Shown here in pieces: positions 30,656-41,342 of a DNA stretch of 64,000 bases. Each line of letters starts with the position of its first letter. The first letter of the stretch is position 1. Made by a program: the position numbers and the translations under genes. The notes under the pieces are model-generated. The model had not been told where the DNA came from. It did no database searches and worked only from the letters and a program-made list of their open reading frames with translations. Origin of the DNA: a virus (Duplodnaviria > Caudoviricetes); the IMG/VR virus record IMGVR_UViG_3300030330_006619, positions 64,001 through 128,000 of that record. One strand, written 5' to 3'.

Positions 30656-33600
30656 TGAGTGTAGTAAGGTCAGTTTCAGGCCTTCCGGTCTTGGCGACCC
30701 AAAGGATATCCTTGGAGCCCTCACGCCAGGCTGTGCCTGATCCGCCAAAGGAGCCACCATGGTGGATGCAAGACTATGGTCATAGCCCAACGCGCCCATT
30801 CACAATTGTCTCTCCTTATGCGGCGAGCCAAGAACAAGTAGAAGGCAGAAATAGTAATACAGATTTTATGGATCTTATAGAAGAGGATATTCTCGGCAGC
30901 ACTGTACAAGGCAACGACTTTAAAGGTAAAGTAAAAATAAACTTTCTTGTGAAAATGCCAAATGAGTACGATCAGAATTTTTCAACTTCTTATTTACAAA
31001 GAATTTCTGAAAATACAACTTTCACTTTTATTGTGTTCAAGGAGCAGGAAAGAGCTGAGGTTGAGTCCTTAATCCACCGCGCGGCACAGAATAATTCCCC
31101 TCTTGTAAATGTAGATAATTATCATTCTAGTGAAATGACTTTAGAAGAAGTCATGAGAAAAAACACAATAGGACAAGAACTGGCAACAAACACCACAACC
31201 AGATCTTTAAATCATTATCATTCGGAAATTATTATTGATTATGATGACACTAATATAGAAACTTTAAGTTTAATGGGCATCGTGACATATAGAGAAAGGA
31301 ATGTGCAAAAAACAGGAAACTACACTTACGATAGTTTATTGATTCAAAATCAAGCTGGTAATTTATCTATTCCACTTTTTACAAGCATTTTTTATATTAG
31401 TGATCCATCATCCCCCGCTGACGAGTCTAAACCCTATTACGGTCCTGTACACTACCATGGGGAAGAGAACCCTGCTGACGACGGTTATATTGGCTGGATG
31501 GCAGGCCATAACCAGCCTGGTGCTATGGGTCCAAAACTAAACCCGAGAACAATAAGGAATTACAAAGTAGTCTCTGCAATACATTCTTTGTTACCAAATC
31601 AGGATGTGTTTTCTATATCCTCAATGTCAGGAATAAATGAAAATTCTACTGGAAATCGCTTGGAAAGATTTTTGAATTATTTTATAGATATGGATTCTAT
31701 GAACAATAGGAGCTACGAAATAGCAGAGAAAGCAAATGCTTCCATAATAGCCGAATCCCGCGCGTCAAACGCCACCTTTATAACTAAAAATACTGAATTA
31801 ACAACCAGTATTCAAGTTGATCGTGGCAACTTATCTAACAGCTGCTACAGGAGCGTATTGGGGATTGATTTTTTAAATATATTAAAATATAATTCTTCAT
31901 ATGGTGATTTGATATGTTTTCAAGAAGAAAGAAATAATTTAGAGTTTTTAAATGCGTGTATTTATCACAGCGAAATTGTAAATATGAGAATAAAAAGAAG
32001 AAGAATAGTAGAAGACCCTCACCACTTCAATGATGCTGACACAAAAATTTACACTAAATTTGATAAAAATACGGTAGATTTAACAATAGCACAGGGAGCA
32101 GACCGCAAATCAAGAAACTATCTACTTTCAACGCTAGGAAATAGGCTAAGTAGTAGGTTCCTGGGGGGACGAAGTGCAAGAGCCTCAATTAAAGAAATTG
32201 AGTTGCTAGACATCGGAATAGAAAGAGGTGTGGACCTTACTCTTAATCCAGGTTCACCGTATTCCAGGCACTTTGTGTTAAGAGATTATGATCTTTTCCA
32301 CAATGTAAGCACGGGTTTATATACATATATTGTGGAAGTTTCTTTAAAAGATGGAATTTCTACGGCAATCGCAAATATCTACAACAGATTGCAGACGTCC
32401 ATCAGCAACCTAGATGACTATATTACTCTTTCACAGGAATATATTGTGTATGGTACAAGCGGAGAGATAATAGAAGGCAATTATGATCCTGATAGCAAAA
32501 TCGTATCGGAAGAGTTTAAAAATAATCAAGTTGTAATAGAGAATGTTAACACCGCGATTAACGCGCTTTCAGAATCAATTTCTTTGTTCAGTGGCAGAAA
32601 ATTTACAGATAATCAGATTTTTGAATTAAGAAATTACTTGCACCCTTCTGCTTATAGCCCCGAAACCGTTGAATATTTTCGCAACTTACTGCAAAAAGTC
32701 AGCTCCTGTATCATGAATATATTAAAAGGAGGAGGCAACTCTCAGCAAGATGTTCAGCAACCATTCCACTCTGATAGGTCTAGTGTTAAATACACAAGTA
32801 GTGTAAATAGTGGATTGATAAAAGCGACATCGAAAACAAAAATTGTCACCAGCTCTTTTACGCCAACGACAGTTCTAAGTGACTACAGCCTTTTGGAAGC
32901 CTCCCTTTCGGATACGCTTAATATTCCCAGTAGCCAAACTCAGTTGAGTGCTCCCTCTACAGCAAGGCGTGATTCAATGTTTCCAACAATTCAGAATTTT
33001 ACAGATCATCTCTCTAGGCAAAGTGATAAAAACACAATTGAATCTGGGGGTGTGAAGCCTGAGTTTTTCTATACGGTTGACCCAAATTCTTTCAAAGTTT
33101 TATCTGAGTCATCTAGTGGGGTTACTACGAGCCCTTCTGACCCACAGCCACCCTCTACGGACTTTGTAGGTTTTGGGCCTACAGATATTATTATAGACAC
33201 AAACATAGTCTTACCTCAAATTCAACAACCAATGATTCCTATGGGCCCCAATACTACGGGAGCTACACTACAGGGATTAACACAACTTGCGGATAATAGA
33301 GCTAATGTCTCAGACATAATACAGGCAATCTCTACTGGAGGTATTAATATGATTTTGGGTAAGCAAGAATATGATAGTTATTCCGCTAGTAAAAAAAGTG
33401 TTGCAGATATGGAAATTTCTTTTTACAAGAATTCTGATCCCACTAATGAAGGTACCACCAATAAGGGGGGTATTTATGCACCATATCAATTATTTGCACA
33501 ATTAGGAATGGGCTTTAATATCGGCTCTGGAGTTGTGTCAAACAATTTTGTAACCGATGCAATTTTAGACTTTCTTGGGCCAAATATTTCTGAATCTTTG

Positions 33601-34041
33601 GTTAAATCATTGTGTGACTCAATCAAAGAAAGCGATGAGAAAGAGGAATACGCTTCTTCTGTTTTGGAAGGAGTTAGACAACTAGCGACTTTAAGAAATG
33701 ATTTTTCGGATGTTTTTCAAATGATGGCGAATATGGCTTCTTATAACAATAGCCTTGTAACTAATGTTCCCCAAGCTAGTTCAGAAGAGTTATACATAGA
33801 AGACAATAGAGAATTTTTCATCAGAGACCCGAAGCCTTCGGATCCGTTTGATGAAGAGATAGCATCTCCTTTTATACACTCGACGGTATCAGAAGGAATA
33901 AAAATCAATTTAAATAATTTCAATGTAGACAATAGGATATCTACAGAATCAGAAAAGAAGTTTGTATTAGTTAGGCTAGCAAGAGATACTTCAGAGGCCA
34001 ATGTTATGCCTGTGAATGATAGTATATTATTAGAGGTTTAA
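30655..34041 (+). CDS. Large hypothetical virion protein (1128 aa)
   Basis: Long ORF inside the tail operon; no family recognised. Confidence 0.55.
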   Translation: MSVVRSVSGLPVLATQRISLEPSRQAVPDPPKEPPWWMQDYGHSPTRPFTIVSPYAASQEQVEGRNSNTDFMDLIEEDILGSTVQGNDFKGKVKINFLVKMPNEYDQNFSTSYLQRISENTTFTFIVFKEQERAEVESLIHRAAQNNSPLVNVDNYHSSEMTLEEVMRKNTIGQELATNTTTRSLNHYHSEIIIDYDDTNIETLSLMGIVTYRERNVQKTGNYTYDSLLIQNQAGNLSIPLFTSIFYISDPSSPADESKPYYGPVHYHGEENPADDGYIGWMAGHNQPGAMGPKLNPRTIRNYKVVSAIHSLLPNQDVFSISSMSGINENSTGNRLERFLNYFIDMDSMNNRSYEIAEKANASIIAESRASNATFITKNTELTTSIQVDRGNLSNSCYRSVLGIDFLNILKYNSSYGDLICFQEERNNLEFLNACIYHSEIVNMRIKRRRIVEDPHHFNDADTKIYTKFDKNTVDLTIAQGADRKSRNYLLSTLGNRLSSRFLGGRSARASIKEIELLDIGIERGVDLTLNPGSPYSRHFVLRDYDLFHNVSTGLYTYIVEVSLKDGISTAIANIYNRLQTSISNLDDYITLSQEYIVYGTSGEIIEGNYDPDSKIVSEEFKNNQVVIENVNTAINALSESISLFSGRKFTDNQIFELRNYLHPSAYSPETVEYFRNLLQKVSSCIMNILKGGGNSQQDVQQPFHSDRSSVKYTSSVNSGLIKATSKTKIVTSSFTPTTVLSDYSLLEASLSDTLNIPSSQTQLSAPSTARRDSMFPTIQNFTDHLSRQSDKNTIESGGVKPEFFYTVDPNSFKVLSESSSGVTTSPSDPQPPSTDFVGFGPTDIIIDTNIVLPQIQQPMIPMGPNTTGATLQGLTQLADNRANVSDIIQAISTGGINMILGKQEYDSYSASKKSVADMEISFYKNSDPTNEGTTNKGGIYAPYQLFAQLGMGFNIGSGVVSNNFVTDAILDFLGPNISESLVKSLCDSIKESDEKEEYASSVLEGVRQLATLRNDFSDVFQMMANMASYNNSLVTNVPQASSEELYIEDNREFFIRDPKPSDPFDEEIASPFIHSTVSEGIKINLNNFNVDNRISTESEKKFVLVRLARDTSEANVMPVNDSILLEV

Positions 34042-34043
34042 GG

Positions 34044-37000
34044 ATGGCGATTAATAACGAAGATCCATGTAAAGATATTAGGCCACCGAGTGTTGACTCG
34101 ACTGGTGATGAAGGTGGTGGCCAAGAAGTTCCTCCCCCGATGGAACAGGATGTACAGGATGAAACTCTAGGACTATTTCCCAGTTTTGAAATACAGGGAG
34201 AGGTTAAAGCAGTAGATAGATCTGTTCATATGATAGATCAGCATCTGTACTATCTCCCGGGATACCCAGATGAACTAAGAGCCCCAGACGGCGCGTATAA
34301 CCAGTTCATGAGGTTGAACACAAAGTCGACTAGCAGCATAGATAATACTGTGGACCCCTTCAGGTATACTGTGGGTAAAGTATACAATTCATTACACTCA
34401 GAAATCAGTGGAAGAATACAGCTACGAAATCAAAGCTATACTCCAAATCAAGTGGGCTTACGACTCCGGACTGCCCCGGTGACGCAAGCTAGGCAGCATC
34501 GCGTCCTAGGGCGAATCCCGTCGGATCCAAATATAGGGCTACCTTTTTCTGTTGAGCATTTTAATGTTTATAATTCACAACTTAATGGCGATCCAAACTC
34601 GGAATATAAAAGTCTTACTATTTTTGATGTGCGTTTTTCGATTGACAATTGGCGCCGCGTTATTGAGTATGATTATTATAGGAGGGGATATGACATTGAA
34701 ACAAACCCGCTGCCTCCGCTTATAGAACAATACAATAGTTATATCATGGGGAAAGATTACGCCGGCGCCGGGCGAGTAGGGATTCCCTTATTTCCTCTTA
34801 GAAATCCGGAGCAGGGTGATTTTGTACCAAACCGCTTTTTAGATCACACTTTTGAAGCCCCATCGGCATATTATCGAAAAGAGGTCGAAAACAGTAATCT
34901 TCCAATCCAAGATAGTGTATTAATAGAGTCGGTAGTGAATTTCGCGCCTGACCCTAATTGGGATGAAGAAGAGAGAGATATAGAACTAGAAGAGTTGGCC
35001 GCTTCCGGTGAAGTGTTAGAGATTATGGACCCTGATGAAGAAGACCTGACAGGACTACCCCAATTAATGCCAGACGACGAGGTTCCACAAGAACATCGAA
35101 TTATGAGTATATATAAGAAATTTAATATTGATTACAACAATGGCCAAAATCCGGTAATAGAAAACATGAGTCAAAGATTTCAGATCTTTCCATCAGACTC
35201 CATTCAAAGGATGTTGCACGTTAATTCAGAAGCCACTAATGTCGCAAGACAAACAAGTTTTTATGATGAGGCCTCTGAATTGCTGAATTCACATGCAAAG
35301 ATATCTTTTAGCATGCATCATAATACTAGTCAAGATAGTATAGTAAGTATGATGTCAAGAACAGAATTCGACCCAGATAGCGAAGAGTCCCACGATGCTG
35401 TGGATGCTTATATTTTTAACCTTATGGTTGCGAAGTACCCTAGCGATGGGACATTTTTCACACAAATCATAGACCAGACATTAACATTTTTTGACCCGGT
35501 TGATAGAGAGGCCCAGGGTCAAGTCGATTATTTTGGCTTAAATGATAAAGTAAAGAGAGACTACAGACCACAAAGCTTACTGGATTTGCCTTCAATAATG
35601 AACAGATATTATACACCCGGAGGCTCTGAGGCCAGGAATATAAAAGAAGAAAATTTTCCACTGGGAATTCATCAACACACAGCGCTAGGGGAAATGAGTC
35701 TTAAATTTGATCATTTAAAAGCCGACATACTCTCTGAACATGGATTTTCAAGAAGCTACAGAGATATATTAACAGGAAGGAAAGCACATTCAGAGGTAAT
35801 CGGATACAGAATAGAAAAAGTAGACACTTTTTCAAATCGAGTGTTGCAAGATTTTTATATATTTAATGATCCGGATATTGTTGAGTTTGATTTTTTGGAT
35901 ACACAAGTAGTGTATTCAAAGCAGTATACCTATAAAATATATACAATTAATTTAGTTATAGGAAATCAATATAGATATGAGATCTCAGACGACGCCGACG
36001 GCATCAGCGCGCCCCTAAACAGTGATATGGGAACCGATATAGAGCTGGGGCAATACCAAAGAAACACAAGAGGCCGAATTAACGATTCTAGATTTATACC
36101 TGAGTCGGGACTCCGTATTATAGGGGGTGGTTCTTCAGGTTTTCAGGCTAGACTAGAAGTCAAAGCAAGGTCCAAGCCGATGATATCTATAATAGAGGCG
36201 CCGTATTTTCAGCAAACTATAACAATAGGAGATTTACCTCCATTGTATCCAGAAGTCAGGTATCAGCCATACGCCGGCGAAGATACTTTAGTAGAATTCG
36301 TATTTAGTCCTAGGGCGGGTAGTTTAGTGGAAGAGCCAATAGCGATTCTTCCTACTGATAGAGAAATCTTAAATAAGATGACAACATCTCAAGTCCCAGA
36401 TAACGAAGGAAAAATAAAGTACTCATTTGATTCAAATGTAAGAAGGTACGAAATCTTACTACTTGAAGAGCCACCGGTAAGCTATTTAAGTTTTGCAAAC
36501 AGTCGTTTAATAAAAGTTTCGGGCAGGGCTCCATCTAAGAATTTAAGAGTTGTGCCAAACAAAGATTATTATGTGTGTTTTAGGTCCGTCGACGACGCTG
36601 GTTTTTCAAACCCTAGTCCAGTTTATAGATATAATTTGCAAAGTTATGGAAATGGAATAGAGCATATATTTGAAATTTTTGATTTTGTTGAACAAAACAG
36701 CTATAGAATGACGAGACAAGAAATGACACTAGAAAGTACTGTCAGTGTAAAACCGTCAGTAATGCAAAGAACGGTCAATTTTTCAGGAATAATTGACGAA
36801 GGTCAGACGGAAATGCAACTTGAAAATTTTACTACCGCACCCTCTGTAGAAGAATTGACTTTGGGAAATGTAAACCCAGAAGATTCTATTTGGAATAGAA
36901 AATTTAAATTTAGATTTATCTCAAGAACAACAGGAAAAACAATAGATTTTAATATTAAATTTAAACAGTTTAGAAAAGTAGGTGAACTTTATAACCAGAT

Positions 37001-37232
37001 TGTACGTTATGCCGTCAACATCCCCGGGCTGGGTGCAGGTGTTGATATCGCCTCTGTAGCTCAATCTCTAACAAATCGCACACAGTCCTACCAGGAAAGG
37101 ATTGCATCAAATCGTGCTGATTCTAATAACAGAACGAGAGGGATTGCCACGCGGGAAGAAAATATTGAAACTATAACGAGATTTGAGAATTTCACCCCAC
37201 TTGACATAAACAATGATTCAGGAGATTATTAA
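34044..37232 (+). CDS. Large virion protein with fibronectin type III-like segments
   Basis: VIGYRIEK...FLDTQVVYSKQYTYKI and RYEILL...PNKDYYVCFRSVDDAGFSNPS fit FN3 strand patterns. Confidence 0.55.
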   Translation: MAINNEDPCKDIRPPSVDSTGDEGGGQEVPPPMEQDVQDETLGLFPSFEIQGEVKAVDRSVHMIDQHLYYLPGYPDELRAPDGAYNQFMRLNTKSTSSIDNTVDPFRYTVGKVYNSLHSEISGRIQLRNQSYTPNQVGLRLRTAPVTQARQHRVLGRIPSDPNIGLPFSVEHFNVYNSQLNGDPNSEYKSLTIFDVRFSIDNWRRVIEYDYYRRGYDIETNPLPPLIEQYNSYIMGKDYAGAGRVGIPLFPLRNPEQGDFVPNRFLDHTFEAPSAYYRKEVENSNLPIQDSVLIESVVNFAPDPNWDEEERDIELEELAASGEVLEIMDPDEEDLTGLPQLMPDDEVPQEHRIMSIYKKFNIDYNNGQNPVIENMSQRFQIFPSDSIQRMLHVNSEATNVARQTSFYDEASELLNSHAKISFSMHHNTSQDSIVSMMSRTEFDPDSEESHDAVDAYIFNLMVAKYPSDGTFFTQIIDQTLTFFDPVDREAQGQVDYFGLNDKVKRDYRPQSLLDLPSIMNRYYTPGGSEARNIKEENFPLGIHQHTALGEMSLKFDHLKADILSEHGFSRSYRDILTGRKAHSEVIGYRIEKVDTFSNRVLQDFYIFNDPDIVEFDFLDTQVVYSKQYTYKIYTINLVIGNQYRYEISDDADGISAPLNSDMGTDIELGQYQRNTRGRINDSRFIPESGLRIIGGGSSGFQARLEVKARSKPMISIIEAPYFQQTITIGDLPPLYPEVRYQPYAGEDTLVEFVFSPRAGSLVEEPIAILPTDREILNKMTTSQVPDNEGKIKYSFDSNVRRYEILLLEEPPVSYLSFANSRLIKVSGRAPSKNLRVVPNKDYYVCFRSVDDAGFSNPSPVYRYNLQSYGNGIEHIFEIFDFVEQNSYRMTRQEMTLESTVSVKPSVMQRTVNFSGIIDEGQTEMQLENFTTAPSVEELTLGNVNPEDSIWNRKFKFRFISRTTGKTIDFNIKFKQFRKVGELYNQIVRYAVNIPGLGAGVDIASVAQSLTNRTQSYQERIASNRADSNNRTRGIATREENIETITRFENFTPLDINNDSGDY

Positions 37233-37266
37233 AACAATAAATAATAAGATTTATTGTCTATAAAAT

Positions 37267-37274
37267 ACTATTTA
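37267..37274 (+). promoter_or_regulatory. Candidate late promoter motif ACTATTTA
   Basis: Intergenic, followed by SD AAAGGAG and ATG at 37306. Confidence 0.6.
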
Positions 37275-37305
37275 TTATTAGTTTTAGTTTGAAAGGAGTT
37301 TTATA

Positions 37306-38343
37306 ATGGCTTTTATTGATAATTCAGGTGATATTATACTAGACGCAGTGTTGACGGACTTGGGACGGCAAAGACTAGCGGAGGGAAGGTTTCAGATAAG
37401 TAAATTCGCCTTAGGCGACGAGGAGATAAATTATGCTCTCTATGACCCCACCGATTCCAGAGGCTCTTCTCACTATGATCTTAAGATACTTCAAACACCA
37501 ATTTTAGAAGCTTTTACTAGTGACCAGTCTTTGATGAAATCAAAGTTGATAACTTTATCAAGAGATAATATATTATACATGCCAATATTAAAGGTTAACA
37601 ACAAAGCAAATAGCCCACAAGTAAGGCCACACCCTGATTTAGATGGCGGATTTTATTTGCTAGCAGACAAAACCACGGCAGAGAAAAATGACACCAGAGT
37701 AGGAACACATAAGCATGGTATCTTGCATGGAGTCCCTGGCCATTTTGCTGAAACAACAACACACATTGATATCGATCAAGGAATAGATTCTACAGACAAT
37801 GGCTTGAATATAGCAGTTATGCTTGATTCAAGCTTAAAGGAAACCTCCTTTATGGTGAAGGTCGACGAAAGGCTACTAACATTGGATGCCTTTATGGAGA
37901 CAGGTAGGTCTGAATCACTTATTCCAAGATTTGTAGATGATGACGGTATAGCCACTTATTATGTAACAATGGGTGGCGCCGCTGGAGACAGCGCTATTTT
38001 GACAGATAGAGATAGCAGATTTACATATAGAACAAGAAACGATATTGACACCGGTAAGACCCAAGCAGAGCTTGATATCATAGGCAACAAGGAGATGTTT
38101 GGAGGCCCATTAGGAAATGTTTTAAGAATAGCTCCAAGAGCCTCACAGAGAATTCAGCAGGCATCAACCTTGTTTGATGTTCTGGGAACAACTGTTTCGG
38201 GAGGAACACCATTTGTTCTCACAAACAATACATCTGACAATATGACCAGCTACAAATTCATTGACACTACAATGAATGTCACCGGGGTAACAACTGGGTA
38301 CTCAATAGACGTTCATATTAGAATAATAAAAGGTACTTTTTAG
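37306..38343 (+). CDS. Tail/baseplate structural protein (N-terminus tail-collar-fibre-like)
   Basis: LDAVLTDLGRQRLAEGRFQISKFALGD motif. Confidence 0.55.
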   Translation: MAFIDNSGDIILDAVLTDLGRQRLAEGRFQISKFALGDEEINYALYDPTDSRGSSHYDLKILQTPILEAFTSDQSLMKSKLITLSRDNILYMPILKVNNKANSPQVRPHPDLDGGFYLLADKTTAEKNDTRVGTHKHGILHGVPGHFAETTTHIDIDQGIDSTDNGLNIAVMLDSSLKETSFMVKVDERLLTLDAFMETGRSESLIPRFVDDDGIATYYVTMGGAAGDSAILTDRDSRFTYRTRNDIDTGKTQAELDIIGNKEMFGGPLGNVLRIAPRASQRIQQASTLFDVLGTTVSGGTPFVLTNNTSDNMTSYKFIDTTMNVTGVTTGYSIDVHIRIIKGTF

Positions 38344-38361
38344 TTTATTTAGGAGATAAGA

Positions 38362-39450
38362 ATGGCAATTTCATTTAAGACACTTACACAGGATGACAAA
38401 ACGACATCACGGACACTTTTGCATGAGGCTATACCAATAACCGGAACGCTTTTATCTGGTACTTACTCGTCCTCGCGCCCATATAGAGAGACGAATATTA
38501 AAACTTACTCTCATGGTATGTTTCAATCAGTATATGATTACCCTTTTGCTTCATCATCGGCAAATCATATTTTTGATATAACTGCTGGTTTTAGCACAGC
38601 ATCATCTGCGCACGGATCTTTGTCTTCTTCTGCAACAGCAACAGCAGATGCATCACAGCAGTCCAAGAAGGTAAACATTTATAATCAAATGGCGCAAGTT
38701 CTTGTGGGCTATGATTCAAATGGCAAGGTTCGGCGTTTTGATCAAGATGGAGACCTGTCATCTGGAGCAAAGCATGAAAACGTAGTGTTTCTAAATTTTG
38801 CTAGATTGCTTGTGAAAGACGAAATAAAGAAGGGTTCTTTTTCCATGGTGTTGGGCAACCAAAGTTGGCTTACTCCTTTTAAAGCAGGAAGTTCTCCTCA
38901 TGCTGGCGTAACAATCACAGATGCTGATGCTGCAAACTCTTATAAGGTTAATTCCCCAGCTGGAGAATATGGCGTACTTAAGCAGGGAACGGTTAAGGTC
39001 GGGCTAATATATTATCAAGCTGGCATAGTGGTATTAAATCTTTCCGCGTCACTTGGCGCAGCACAAATGATGCAGCATAATGCATCTCAGTCTGCAGATC
39101 TAGTGTTTACGAAGGAATCAATAGATACTCTTGCAGACGGCCTTAGAAGAAGAATTAAGAGCATATCATTTAACAACACTACAGAACTAAACTCTTCTAT
39201 ATTCTTTTGCCGAGCAAACCATAAAGAATTTAATTATAGCTCAAACCCAACATACCTTGATGGTAGTAAAATTAGGGTGAAAAAGACTGGAGACTTAACA
39301 AACGAGAGAGAGAGTTTGCCGCTTTCTTATATTACTACTGTTGGCCTATATTCACCAAAGAATGAACTTCTGGCAGTCGCAAAACTTTCAGAGCCCCTTA
39401 GGAAAGACCCTACTAACGAGCTTACCTTGAGGGTTAGATTGGATTACTAA
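38362..39450 (+). CDS. Tail/baseplate structural protein
   Basis: C-terminal EFNYSSNPTY...YITTVGLYSPKNELLAVAKLSEPLRK...RVRLDY. Confidence 0.55.
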   Translation: MAISFKTLTQDDKTTSRTLLHEAIPITGTLLSGTYSSSRPYRETNIKTYSHGMFQSVYDYPFASSSANHIFDITAGFSTASSAHGSLSSSATATADASQQSKKVNIYNQMAQVLVGYDSNGKVRRFDQDGDLSSGAKHENVVFLNFARLLVKDEIKKGSFSMVLGNQSWLTPFKAGSSPHAGVTITDADAANSYKVNSPAGEYGVLKQGTVKVGLIYYQAGIVVLNLSASLGAAQMMQHNASQSADLVFTKESIDTLADGLRRRIKSISFNNTTELNSSIFFCRANHKEFNYSSNPTYLDGSKIRVKKTGDLTNERESLPLSYITTVGLYSPKNELLAVAKLSEPLRKDPTNELTLRVRLDY

Positions 39451-39452
39451 AA

Positions 39453-40661
39453 ATGAGCTTCAAAAGGTTTAAAGCTCAAGATGTGATCAACAATGTCATA
39501 GTCGCAAAGCCAGAGATAAATTTTATCGTCCATTCAGGAAGCGTCTTTTATAAAAGAGAGAGGCTTATCTCTGGGTCCTTTAGCTCTGAAAAACCTTTAG
39601 TCAATCATATAGATAATGGTCACCTTAGTCTGCTTGGTTTAAATGTTGATAGGCCACAAGAATCACTAATATATTCTTTTATAGAAAAGGATAGTACCCG
39701 ATTCGCGCATAAAACAGTAAGCACAAGCAACTTTGATGATAGGAATCAATTTAGATACGGGGAAGTTTTAAAGCAGAACTATCCACTCAGCGCGTCTTTA
39801 AGCAGAATTATCATTCCTGAAGGTCAAGAATTTGACACTAATGTGGGAACTGATTCCGAACAGCTAGCACACAATAACAAAAAATACATTAGAGCCTTAA
39901 GAAACCCAATCAATATGGATATCAGAATCGGCCCCAACAATGAATATGGTGCTCTGGGCACAAAGGCAGTAAATCTTATTTGCATTCCAGGAATCTTTTA
40001 TGGGTCATCAGTTGATAGAGGTTCGATAGAATTAAATTACTATCTCACTGGTACATTAGTAGCTACAGCTAAGGATTTGTATTCTGATGGTAGGTTAATA
40101 CAAACAAAGGGTCCAACGACAGGACAGCAGGTTGGAATAGCTATATACAACCAAGGTATTCTAGTATTAACAGGCTCTGAGTCTTTGCACTCTAATCATG
40201 TTGGAAAATTTCTATCACCAGCTTCAAACTCTTCTCCAAGTTGGTTAAACTTTGGAACGGGCATCCCTCAGGTGGGAACCTATACAGCTCATGGTACCGA
40301 GCCAAGTTCTTCTTATTCAGTTCAATGTAAAGGTATAAATAAGATACCAACAATTACTATGTTTGCATATGCAAAAGAGGGTGAGTTTAATTTTTCTCAT
40401 AATCCGACATTTTTAAGCATGTCTTCCGGGGATGATTATACGCAAAACCAGTCTTTTTACATTGAAACTAAAAAGAAAATTAGAAAGATAAACAAATCTG
40501 ATTATACAAATTATCACGAACCATTTGAAAACCACACCTACATCTCTAAGGTAGGAATTTACGACGAAAACAAAAATTTGATAGCCATCGCTAGTTTAGC
40601 TAATCCAATTAAAAAAACCGAAAAAAGAGAATTCATGATAAAAATGAAACTGGATTTTTAA
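39453..40661 (+). CDS. Tail/baseplate structural protein, paralogue of 38362..39450
   Basis: C-terminal EFNFSHNPTF...YISKVGIYDENKNLIAIASLANPIKK...KMKLDF; internal VGIAIYNQGILVL vs VGLIYYQAGIVVL. Confidence 0.6.
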   Translation: MSFKRFKAQDVINNVIVAKPEINFIVHSGSVFYKRERLISGSFSSEKPLVNHIDNGHLSLLGLNVDRPQESLIYSFIEKDSTRFAHKTVSTSNFDDRNQFRYGEVLKQNYPLSASLSRIIIPEGQEFDTNVGTDSEQLAHNNKKYIRALRNPINMDIRIGPNNEYGALGTKAVNLICIPGIFYGSSVDRGSIELNYYLTGTLVATAKDLYSDGRLIQTKGPTTGQQVGIAIYNQGILVLTGSESLHSNHVGKFLSPASNSSPSWLNFGTGIPQVGTYTAHGTEPSSSYSVQCKGINKIPTITMFAYAKEGEFNFSHNPTFLSMSSGDDYTQNQSFYIETKKKIRKINKSDYTNYHEPFENHTYISKVGIYDENKNLIAIASLANPIKKTEKREFMIKMKLDF

Positions 40662-41342
40662 ATGGACCATAAGATTAAAAAGATGAAGTTTCTGGCGATA
40701 AAGTTATCAGCCTTAAAATCAGAACTAAAAATATCCAGAGACATTTTAGAAACAGCCTCAAGGGAGGTTAACGAGATGTATCAAGATAAATTCTTTCCGG
40801 AAGTTTCAACACCGGTTGAAAGTAGTGATAACAAAGACCTAGACAACAAAGAGCCGGAGCAAGAGCAGCAAGAGCCCAAACCAAACCAACAAAAACAGGA
40901 AGAACAAAGTAAACAGGCTGAGGAAAGCCAAGAAATATCTGAAACGAAAAATAAAAATGCAGACCCAGAAGTAAAGAAGCTTTGGCGAAAAATCTCTTTT
41001 AAAATACACCCTGACAAATTAATTGGACTTGAAGATGGGTTTGAAAAGGAAAAGAAAACTAATTTATACGCCAAAGCTCGCGCGGCGTATGAAGACAACG
41101 ATATAATTATTTTATCTGACGTGGCTTTAGAAATAGGCATTGAGATTCCAGAAATTTCTGAAGAAAGACTAAAAAAAGCAGAAAAAGAAATTTCTAATAT
41201 AAAAAAAGAACTAAATCATATAGAATCTACATTTGTGTGGAATTGGTTTTTCACAGAAAATAGAAAAAAGAAAGATGCAATCTTAGAAAGGTTGTTTAAA
41301 TTAATGTATGAAGCAAACAACAAAGACAATCTTGGGTCTTGA
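40662..41342 (+). CDS. J-domain (DnaJ-like) co-chaperone protein
   Basis: EVKKLWRKISFKIHPDKL...LYAKARAAY is helix II-HPD-helix III of a J-domain, flanked by coiled coils. Confidence 0.75.
   Translation: MDHKIKKMKFLAIKLSALKSELKISRDILETASREVNEMYQDKFFPEVSTPVESSDNKDLDNKEPEQEQQEPKPNQQKQEEQSKQAEESQEISETKNKNADPEVKKLWRKISFKIHPDKLIGLEDGFEKEKKTNLYAKARAAYEDNDIIILSDVALEIGIEIPEISEERLKKAEKEISNIKKELNHIESTFVWNWFFTENRKKKDAILERLFKLMYEANNKDNLGS

Noticed and set aside
37201-37232. TTGACA at 37201 as a sigma70 -35 element
   Set aside because: No acceptable -10 at 16-18 nt spacing; the ACTATTTA motif explains the downstream gene better
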